A stretch of 32,000 nucleotides of DNA from Opitutia bacterium KCR 482 (GTDB lineage: Bacteria > Verrucomicrobiota > Verrucomicrobiia > Opitutales > Intestinicryptomonadaceae), in NCBI GenBank assembly GCA_029269845.2, contig CP149973.1, forward strand, positions 330,001 to 362,000. Reading direction: 5' to 3'. Positions 9,555-17,700 of the stretch are shown piece by piece (the first letter of the stretch is position 1; each line of letters opens with the position of its first letter). Position numbers and translations under genes: made by a program. The notes under the pieces are model-generated. The model did not search any database. It was not told the origin of the DNA and was given only the letters and a program-made list of their open reading frames with translations.

Positions 9555-10244
9555 ATGAAAGCAAGCGACCTCTTCGACCTGCCCAAATCCCTCGAAAGAT
9601 TTTCCGGATTCTTCACGCCCGACATGGCTCCGTGGGAATGGGTAAAAAATATCAAAAACGCACTCGCAAGCGTGGACTTCTCCTCGCTCGAATCAAAAAA
9701 AGACATTCCCGCGGGCGTGTGTATCGAAGGCGACGTGTATATCCACCCGACCGTCTCCTTGCCCCCCTACGCGCATATCAAAGGCCCCGCGTGGATTGGC
9801 GCAAATACGGAAATCCGCATAGGCTGCTTCGTCCGCGGAAACGTGATTGTCGGCGAGGGCTGCGTGATGGGAAATTCGTGCGAATACAAAAACAGCATGC
9901 TCATGGACAAGGTCGAAACCCCCCACTATAATTACGTGGGAGACTCCGTTCTGGGAACGCGCGCACACCTCGGCGCGGGCGTAATCTGCGCAAACCTCAG
10001 GCTCGACCGCAAGAACGTGATTCTTTCGCTCCCCGAAGGCAGGATAGACTCGAACATGCGCAAGCTCGGCGCAATGGTCGCCGAACACGCCGAAGCGGGC
10101 TGCAACTCGGTTCTCCAACCGGGGGCGATTCTAATGAAACGCGCAATCGTGCTGTCGTGCGTAGCGTTCAAGGGCTGCCTCGAAGAAAACACGATGACCG
10201 GCCCGAAGCTCCAAATGCGCAACCTGCCCAGATTCGGCTTCTAA
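9555..10244 (+). CDS. Left-handed beta-helix (hexapeptide-repeat) transferase, GlmU C-terminal-like
   Basis: 229 aa. Imperfect hexapeptide repeats run through IEGDVYIHPTV...IGANTEIRIGCFVRGNVIVGEGCVMGNSCE...VGDSVLGTRAHLGAGVICAN. The substrate is unknown. Confidence 0.65.
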   Translation: MKASDLFDLPKSLERFSGFFTPDMAPWEWVKNIKNALASVDFSSLESKKDIPAGVCIEGDVYIHPTVSLPPYAHIKGPAWIGANTEIRIGCFVRGNVIVGEGCVMGNSCEYKNSMLMDKVETPHYNYVGDSVLGTRAHLGAGVICANLRLDRKNVILSLPEGRIDSNMRKLGAMVAEHAEAGCNSVLQPGAILMKRAIVLSCVAFKGCLEENTMTGPKLQMRNLPRFGF

Positions 10245-10286
10245 TATCCCCTCCTAATTTACCCCCCTAAAACAAACAAAAATATC

Positions 10287-11228
10287 ATGGACGTATCAGT
10301 CGTAATCCCCGTATACAACGAAGAGGGAAACCTCGACCACCTCTTTACCAGACTCTGCAAGGCGATGGACGCGCTCGGCAGGTCGTGGGAAGTAATTTTC
10401 GTAAACGACGGCAGCAAGGACAGGTCGGGCGAAATGCTCAGGGGCTTTTGCATGCAGCGCCCCGAAACCGTCAAACTCATAGACTTTAACGGCAACTACG
10501 GACAGCACACGGCAATCATCGCCGCGTTCGAACGAGCGCAGGGCGACGTTATCGTAACGCTCGACGCCGACCTCCAAAATCCGCCCGAAGAAATCGGCAA
10601 ACTGCTCGCGAAAATCGACGAGGGTTGCGACAGCGTCGGCGGCTACCGCAAACAGCGCGAGGACACCGCCCTGCGCCGCTACTGCTCGAAAATCGTGAAC
10701 TTCGCGCGGGACAAAATGACGAACATCAGAATGAAAGACCAAGGCTGCATGCTCCGCGCGTATAGACGCAACGTGGTCGAGGCGATTCTCAAAACAAACG
10801 AACGCTCGCTGTTCATTCCCGCGCTCGCGTACACGTTCTCTTCGAAGCCCGCGGAAATAGAGGTCGAGCACGCCGCGCGCGAGGCGGGAGAATCAAAATA
10901 CAGCATGTACAAGCTCATCAGGCTGAATTTCGACCTCATCACGGGCTTCACAATCATGCCCCTGCAACTGTTCACGATTTTCGGATTTTTGTCGAGCATA
11001 GGCTCGCTCGGTCTTGTCGTGATTCTCCTCTTCCGCAGAATTTTCCTCTTCTCCGAGGGCGAGGCGGAGGGCGTTTTCACCCTCTTTGCAATCCTCTTCT
11101 TCCTCATCAGCGTGACGATTGTCGGCATCGGGCTTATCGGCGAATACATCGGGCGAATCTACCAGATTGTGCAGTCGCGCCCGAAGTACGTCATCAAGGA
11201 AACAATCGGGTTCGGCGATGGAAAATAA
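10287..11228 (+). CDS. Family 2 glycosyltransferase, polyprenyl-phosphate sugar transferase (ArnC/DPM1-like)
   Basis: 313 aa. The GT2 signature is VVIPVYNEEGNL...FVNDGSKDRS...DADLQNPPEEI. Two C-terminal TM helices match the ArnC-type topology. Confidence 0.8.
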   Translation: MDVSVVIPVYNEEGNLDHLFTRLCKAMDALGRSWEVIFVNDGSKDRSGEMLRGFCMQRPETVKLIDFNGNYGQHTAIIAAFERAQGDVIVTLDADLQNPPEEIGKLLAKIDEGCDSVGGYRKQREDTALRRYCSKIVNFARDKMTNIRMKDQGCMLRAYRRNVVEAILKTNERSLFIPALAYTFSSKPAEIEVEHAAREAGESKYSMYKLIRLNFDLITGFTIMPLQLFTIFGFLSSIGSLGLVVILLFRRIFLFSEGEAEGVFTLFAILFFLISVTIVGIGLIGEYIGRIYQIVQSRPKYVIKETIGFGDGK

Positions 11229-12087
11229 GGACAAGAAAATCCTGTTTTTCGGGTTCAGCGACGTCGGCTACCGCTGCCTGAAATACATGCTCGACGAGGG
11301 CTACAACGTAATCGGCGTCTTCACCCACGACACCGACCCGCACGAAGCGCACTGGTTCAAAACGCCGGAATCGCTCGCAAAGGAAAACTTTATCCCCGTC
11401 TTCAAGCCCGAAACGCTCAAAACGGAAAAGTGGTACCGCAAAGTCAAATACATGCAGCCCGATTTGATTTTGTCGCTCTACTACCGCAATATTATCCCCG
11501 AAGAAATTTTCTCGCAGGCAAAGCTTGGCGCGTACAACATGCACGGCTCCTACCTGCCCGCCTACCGCGGCCGCGCCCCGCTTAACTGGGCGATTATAAA
11601 CGGCGAATCCTACGGCGGCGTCTCCCTCCACGTGCTCGAAAAAAAGTTCGACACGGGCGCAGTCGTGGACCAAGAAAAAGTCGATTTCGGCGAAAACGAA
11701 TATGTCGGCGACATTCAGCCGCGCATTTCCGACGCCGCCCTACGCGTCTTCACCCGCTCGCTCGAATCGCTACTCGACGGCAACCCGAAAACCGTCCCGC
11801 AAGACTTGTCGAAAGCCTCGTATTTCGGCAAACGCACCCCCGAAGACGGACGCATCGACTTCTCGAAAACCGCCCGCGAAGTCTTCAACCTAATCCGCGG
11901 CGTGAGCAAGCCTTTCCCCGGGGCATTCACCGAAATCGACGGACAGAAGACCGTCATTTGGCGAGCGAAAATCGGCGAACCTGCAAACGGAATCCCTGCG
12001 GGAACTGTCGCCTCGCGCAATCCACTTAAAATCGCCTGCGCCGACAATTTCATCGAGGCGGAGGAAACGGAGTTCGCGAAAAGCTAG
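11218..12087 (+). CDS. Formyltransferase (Fmt / ArnA N-terminal domain-like)
   Basis: The start was taken at ATG 11218 (MENKDKKILFFGFSDVGY...), in frame within track ORF 11119..12087. It overlaps the GT2 gene by 11 nt. The catalytic motif is NMHGSYLPAYRGRAPLNWAIING. Confidence 0.8.
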   Translation: MENKDKKILFFGFSDVGYRCLKYMLDEGYNVIGVFTHDTDPHEAHWFKTPESLAKENFIPVFKPETLKTEKWYRKVKYMQPDLILSLYYRNIIPEEIFSQAKLGAYNMHGSYLPAYRGRAPLNWAIINGESYGGVSLHVLEKKFDTGAVVDQEKVDFGENEYVGDIQPRISDAALRVFTRSLESLLDGNPKTVPQDLSKASYFGKRTPEDGRIDFSKTAREVFNLIRGVSKPFPGAFTEIDGQKTVIWRAKIGEPANGIPAGTVASRNPLKIACADNFIEAEETEFAKS

Positions 12088-12107
12088 AAAAAACATACAA
12101 TTAAGTG

Positions 12108-13265
12108 GTTTTGACTTTACAGCAAAGTGTTCTTTCTTAGATTTAATGTCGCCCGTTGGGTGTTATCTGTCGGGTTTTGACTTTACAGCAAAGTGTTCTT
12201 TCTTAGATTTCGCGGTCGTCTATCTGATAGCGCGGAGGCGTTTTGACTTTACAGCAAAGTGTTCTTTCTTAGATTATTTTCGCCACAGACACCAAAGGCG
12301 CGTTGGTTTTGACTTTACAGCAAAGTGTTCTTTCTTAGATTCCGCCGTCTGCTACATCGTAAAACGCTACGGTTTTGACTTTACAGCAAAGTGTTCTTTC
12401 TTAGATTGAAGTTCGCCGAATACGTCGTAAACGGCGCGTTTTGACTTTACAGCAAAGTGTTCTTTCTTAGATTAAAATATGAAATTATCAAAAAATGCGC
12501 TTGGTTTTGACTTTACAGCAAAGTGTTCTTTTTTAGATTAATCTGCATAACGAGGGTACGTTCAAACTTGTTTTGACTTTACAGCAAAGTGTTCTTTCTT
12601 AGATTGCATATTCAACAGAGCTTGCCCGAAGACTTGTTTTGACTTTACTGCAAAGTGTTCTTTCTTAGATTTTTTTCTAAAATGGGCTGTAAGCCGTCTC
12701 TGTTTTGACTTTACAGCAAAGTGTTCTTTCTTAGATTATGTCTATTCGACGTCCTCGTTTGGTATAAGTTTTGACTTTACAGCAAAGTGTTCTTTCTTAG
12801 ATTAGGACTGAAATGAAAATAAAGAGCACAAACGTTTTGACTTTACAGCAAAGTGTTCTTTCTTAGATTTGGATTGAGCGGGAAGCCAAGAAACTCGGTG
12901 TTTTGACTTTACAGCAAAGTGTTCTTTCTTAGATTTTGCGAATATGCAAGGGCTTTAATCGTTGAGTTTTGACTTTACAGCAAAGTGTTCTTTCTTAGAT
13001 TCATTGAAGCATATGTGCGATTGCTTGTCAAGTTTTGACTTTACAGCAAAGTGTTCTTTCTTAGATTCACGGTAGAAGTAAGCTATACCGCAGGATTGTT
13101 TTGACTTTACAGCAAAGTGTTCTTTCTTAGATTAACCTCGACGCAAAACTTCGGGTGAAAGCAGTTTTGACTTTACAGCAAAGTGTTCTTTCTTAGATTA
13201 TTATTGGCGACGTATTGTCCGTTCTCGAAGTTTTGACTTTACAGCAAAGTGTTCTTTCTTAGATT
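12108..13265 (+). CRISPR. CRISPR array with 18 repeats of 36 nt and 17 spacers of exactly 30 nt
   Basis: The repeat is GTTTTGACTTTACAGCAAAGTGTTCTTTCTTAGATT. I checked every unit by hand and found an exact 66-nt period from 12108 to 13230. There are two single-base repeat variants: repeat 7 (12504) has C29T at 12532, and repeat 9 (12636) has A14T at 12649. Both terminal repeats are perfect. Plus orientation is assigned from the GTTTT start typical of type II repeats and from the plus-strand anti-repeat. Confidence 0.97.
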
Positions 13266-13269
13266 ATAC

Positions 13270-13298
13270 TTGACATAATTTATGGCGTGCCAAATAAT
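13270..13298 (+). promoter_or_regulatory. Candidate sigma70-like promoter for the tracrRNA
   Basis: TTGACA (13270-13275), then a 17-nt spacer, then AATAAT (13293-13298). This predicts a start near 13305, just upstream of the anti-repeat. The call rests on the hexamer match only. Confidence 0.4.
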
Positions 13299-13304
13299 TA
13301 GTCC

Positions 13305-13382
13305 ATAATTTTGCTATAAAGTCTTAACTGATTATGCCGAATTTTAAGCTCTACATAGTACCTTAAAATTCGGCATTTTTTT
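13305..13382 (+). ncRNA. tracrRNA: Predicted tracrRNA (~78 nt)
   Basis: The anti-repeat at 13308-13328 (AATTTTGCTATAAAGTCTTAAC) pairs with repeat positions 1-21. That gives 17 Watson-Crick pairs and 1 G-U pair, with a 2-nt U.U internal loop at repeat positions 4-5 and a C.A mismatch at position 13. A perfect 15-bp hairpin follows: ATGCCGAATTTTAAG (13334-13348) / CTTAAAATTCGGCAT (13362-13376). The hairpin's final T (13376) begins a T7 tract that ends at 13382. The 5' end is inferred from the promoter guess. Confidence 0.7.
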
Positions 13383-13390
13383 ATTCACAC

Positions 13391-13813
13391 CTAAAACAGC
13401 AGAAAATTATTATCCGTCTTGTCCAATTCGTACTGTGGCGACGGTTTTGCGAAAAACTCTTCCGCCCCCTCCGAAAAAAATTCAATCTGCTCGGGGACTT
13501 TTTCAAGTCGCTTCGGTCGACGGCAAACCAGTTTGCTCGTCGCCCACTGCTTATCCGTAAAAAACAAAAGCCTTATGTCTCCCGTCGTAGGAGCGTAGGA
13601 TTTAACACGTTCATAATATTTTTTCATGCGCTCCATTGATACGCACGGACGCGAATACACGGAGTATTGAATCATGATAAATCCGTCGTCGAGCAAAGCG
13701 TTTCGGAATCGGGTCGCCTCTTTGCGCTCTTCGTCGAGCAACACGGGCAAGTCGAACATCGCCATCAGCCACCCCATTCTATACGGACTCCTTTTTTCGA
13801 TTTTGCATGCCAT
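13391..13813 (-). CDS. cas2: CRISPR-associated endoribonuclease Cas2
   Basis: 140 aa with the core WLMAMFDLPV...RKEATRFRNALLDDGFIMIQYSVYSRPC, as in type II Cas2. It starts 6 nt after the cas1 stop. An alternative start at ATG 13777 (MGWLMAMFDLP) is preceded by AAGGAG. Confidence 0.9.
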   Translation of the reverse strand: MACKIEKRSPYRMGWLMAMFDLPVLLDEERKEATRFRNALLDDGFIMIQYSVYSRPCVSMERMKKYYERVKSYAPTTGDIRLLFFTDKQWATSKLVCRRPKRLEKVPEQIEFFSEGAEEFFAKPSPQYELDKTDNNFLLF

Positions 13814-13819
13814 TGAAAT

Positions 13820-14710
13820 TTATAATTTCGGCGTCCACAATTCACCAGAATCTTTGCGCCGATATGCGTTTGCAAGTGTTTCGCAAAGATAGTCGGCGGC
13901 GTCGCACAATTTCATCGAAACCGAAGCTTTTTTTACGCGCCTGTCGCGCAAAAACTTGCCGAAATACACCGACCAAGCCGCAATCGAAGCCCCGCTTTCG
14001 GCAACGAGAAATTGGTAGAGCGCAAAATCCACAAACGCCCTAAACGGTTCAATCACGTCGTGGACAAGCGGCGTATTTTTGTAATACGTTTTGTGGTTTA
14101 CTCCGAGCAGAAAATTCAAGCCCGCTACGATAACCGCGCGGTGGATTATCGCCGACATAATTCCGTATCCGTAGTTTAGCAGAACGTTTATTTTAGAGTC
14201 GCCGTTTTTCGGATCGCGCCCTACTCCGTACTCTCCAAGTTGCGGAAAATAATGTTTCCAATATTCCCGCGCGCAAAGCGATTCGTTCAACAATGCGTTT
14301 TGCGATTGCGCCATTGAAAACAGCCGGCATTTTTTGATTCCGATTTGCCTGAGGCACTCGGCGTTGTTGCGGATTTTTGCGGCAAGCAGGCGACGCCAGA
14401 TTGCTCCGTTCAGATTCTTGTTTCCGGCGGACTGGTTTAAAACCACTTTTGCGTCGTATGTGCGGTTGTTCGGAACGGTGATGCCGACGGGCTTAAAATC
14501 CCTGCAATGAACTATCACGGCGTCGAATTCCGACAGCGCGGCAATGACGTCTCCGCTAATCGAAACCGCGCCGTTGAGAAGAATCACCGCGCGCAAATCC
14601 TCCAATGCTATTTTGCCCAATATTTTGCCGTCTTTTTTGCATACCAGCAGACCGCGCTCGCGCACGAGCCTGCACCCGTAATCCATGACGTGCAAAATAT
14701 GATAGCTCAT
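13820..14710 (-). CDS. cas1: CRISPR-associated integrase Cas1 (type II)
   Basis: 296 aa. It has the N-terminal beta-domain, then the Cas1 acidic/His residues in context (NESLCAREYW; GVNHKTYYKNTPLVHDVIEPFR). Its start ATG overlaps the cas9 stop as TAATG. Confidence 0.95.
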   Translation of the reverse strand: MSYHILHVMDYGCRLVRERGLLVCKKDGKILGKIALEDLRAVILLNGAVSISGDVIAALSEFDAVIVHCRDFKPVGITVPNNRTYDAKVVLNQSAGNKNLNGAIWRRLLAAKIRNNAECLRQIGIKKCRLFSMAQSQNALLNESLCAREYWKHYFPQLGEYGVGRDPKNGDSKINVLLNYGYGIMSAIIHRAVIVAGLNFLLGVNHKTYYKNTPLVHDVIEPFRAFVDFALYQFLVAESGASIAAWSVYFGKFLRDRRVKKASVSMKLCDAADYLCETLANAYRRKDSGELWTPKL

Positions 14711-17700
14711 TATATTATATCCAATTTTATGCGTTTCATTCCCGCGGGCATTAGGTACTGAATGGAAATGGGCTTAGACGAAATTCCGTCCGAATTTTCC
14801 AAATACCCATACCCATCCGCCCGAATCGAATTAGACTTGTAAATACCCGACTTTAAGAGCATTTTTCCCGATTTATCGACGACATCGTTCGGAATTTCGA
14901 CAAGGCAGTTCTGTCTAAAAAATCCGCAAACTTCGGCGCAATCGGGATTGTTTTTCAATGAGGCTAAAACTTTCGCCTTCGAGGCGTGCGCATAAACGGG
15001 CGCAACCATATACTTACCCTTTTGAGTTTTCCAGATGAACTGCCCTTTGTGTGAATCACCCTTGCGGTACGCGCCGCAGCCGTCCTTCGACAAATCCTTG
15101 TATTCTTCGGGACTGCCGACTTCGCACAGCACCCGCAGCAACTTTGTTGGCGCACCGTTTTTGGAGGGAATTGCTGCTTCATATTTGCACCAATCCTCCC
15201 ATTCGGATTCTTTTAAATCGGGATTAGACAATACAAAATCGGAAATTATGCGTTTTGAAACATCTCCAACGATACTTTCTATGCGTTTAACCAATTTCGT
15301 ATAATTGTATTTGGGATTTATTCCTTCGTATGCCAAATCGCGGACATTGCACTTTTTCACAATGCGTCCCTTGCGCAAAGAGTAAATCGTCTGTTCAAGT
15401 TTTGACTTTTCCACCGCAACCTTATTCGGAATTACTGTTGCCAGATACCTGCCGAAAAACTTGCGGGCTTCGTCGCTTTCAGGGTTGCGCGTGATTTCTT
15501 CGGGAAGAATATTTTTGTAGGCGGAGGCTTTCTTTGCGTTCGAAGTCGGCGCAAAGCAAAGACACATGGCGTCGAGCGCGTGGTGCTTTTTGTTTTTGCG
15601 GTTCTTTTCCTCGAATTTCTTTTCCATGCAAATTCGGTCGAACAAAGACAAATCCTCCGCAGACTCTTCGTCGTGGAGAAGCCTGTTCAAGCCGTAGCGC
15701 CCGCGAATCATGGCGGTGGTATTGCCCGAAACCGTCCAAACCTTTTTTGCGCCCGCAAGTCCGCCGAATTGGAAACCGAAATGCAGGCAGCAAATCCGCT
15801 GCGCAAGCTTTGAAATCCATGCGGTTTCGGCAAGAGCCGTGTATTTTTCCACAAGCTCCGCCGCGTTCGGTGAAAGCAAAAGTTTGCAACGTTTTGCGCC
15901 GAGTTCTTTTGTCAACTTGCGGACGCGCTCGCAATAGCTCTCCCACTCCGCACCCATTGTCGAACGCCATTCGAAGGGCGTTCGGTCGCCCTTCTCCTTG
16001 TTCGTTTTCTCGTCGGTCAATACGTAATTGTACATCGCGTCTGGGCCGCCGCGGCTGCGCGGAACAATGTGCTCAATCTCCAAACTTTCAAGCTCCGAAA
16101 GCGGCAGCGCATTTCCCGTGTAAACGCATTCTCCGCCCTGTTTTTTGTACAATTCGAATTTTAACAGCATTTTTTTCGAGGCGTATTTGAAACCGAACTC
16201 CTCCCGCTTTGAATCAAGATCTTCGGCAAGCTTTTTCTTCTCATCGAAGCGCGTTTTGATTGCCTTGTTCAGATCGCTTTTTGCCTTTTTGCCGAGAAAA
16301 TCGTCGCGCACAAATTCGAGCACGATTTTATCGGGAACGCCGAACTTTGCTTCGAGCGATTTTATGCGCTCGTAAAAGAACGAAAGCCTGTGGCGCACAA
16401 TGGGGTCGTTTTGGCTTCCGATAAGCTTGTTGATTTGCGCCTCGCGGGCGGCTGCGGAAGCATCGGCAAAGTCGGACAAACCGACATCCGGAATGAAAAT
16501 TCCGCTCCACGGCGCGTCCCCCATGAGTTTCAGAAAGTCCAAATCCCCAGCGACAAGCCCCTTGTTCTTGTCAGTGTTTGCAATATTTTCGATTGCCGTC
16601 GCGTAAAATTCCGCGGGCGACTTGCCCGAAAAAATCAGGTCGCGCAATATCCGCATTGCGGGGCGTGAAAACGCCGCCCTGCCTCCGTTCCTCGGCTGTT
16701 CGATTTCCGACTGGCTCTCGTCCATCACCTCCGCGCCGATTGTTTTGAAAAACTTTTTCAAAGCCGCCTTGCCCAATTTGAATTTCGAGTTTTTGGCAAG
16801 TTCGAAAGCCCGTAAAAATTCGTCGAACGAAAGAGAATCCACACCCGCGCCACGGAAAAAACGCAGATTTAACAATTTTAACGACAATGTAATTGTGTAT
16901 GACAGAAAGTCGTCGTCGGTTTTGCATTCGTCAAGCGGCTTGATTTTGCAAACGTTTAGCCGCGGAATCAGTTTGCATTTGTCGATTACGCGGTTGTCGA
17001 AGCGCGGCGTTTTCTGCCCCAGCGCGGTCCAGTCGGTCGCCGCGCCGCGTTTAAGCCCGAACCGCTTGCGAAGCTCTGGATTGTACGAAGCGTACGGCTC
17101 ACAAGCCCTGCCGAACATGATGAAATCCGCCTTGCCTTTCAGATTCGGATACTGCAACGCGGCGGCGTTTACGAGCGCGCGGAATTCGCGGACAACCGCC
17201 TCTCGCGGCACGACATATCCTTTTGCCTTTTCGGCGGTATTGTCGATTCTGACGCCGACAAAATCGGGATTTTCGGGCGACCACAAGCCCATTTTCGCCG
17301 CTTTGAAAAAGCACGGAAATTCGTATTTTTCGCGATTGTCAAGCTCCGCGAGAATACCGTCAAATTCGCGCTCATAGTGAGCAAGCTTTTCGGCATAAGA
17401 CTCGCCGTCTCCGCTTGCGTCGGAATCGGAAGATTTCCGCGAGATGCCGTCTCCGCCGTCCGCCGCGTCTTCGTCCCCCCACGGAATGTTTGCGTCATAG
17501 CCGCGGTTTTGAATCGCCGAATTCAGAGCTTTGAAGACCTGCCAACTTTCGAGTTTTTCGCCGAGCAGTAATTTACAGCGCAAAGCGATTGAATTATAAC
17601 AGAGATCTTCGCCCGCAGGCGGAAATTCGCGCTCCAAACGCACATCGCCTTTCGAGACAAGCTTCCACGCACCGTCAACAACGCCGACCTTTCTCCGCAA

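Noticed and set aside
12146-12409. An 87-aa ORF with the recurring peptide GFDFTAKCSFLD.
   Set aside because: It is simply the CRISPR repeats read in frame, not a protein gene.
12108-13265. Repeat-embedded promoters, as described for Neisseria and Campylobacter II-C arrays. Each repeat contains TTGACT (positions 4-9) and ends in TAGATT (positions 31-36).
   Set aside because: The two hexamers are 21 nt apart, too far for a sigma70-type promoter. The TG of an extended -10 is also absent (TC, or TT in repeat 7). I cannot support the idea from sequence alone. It remains testable by 5' end mapping.
13334-13376. The tracrRNA hairpin acting as the cas2 terminator.
   Set aside because: On the minus strand the 15-bp hairpin is not followed by a U-tract (AATCAGTTAAG follows). 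It cannot be called a canonical terminator for the cas operon, although it may still impede read-through.
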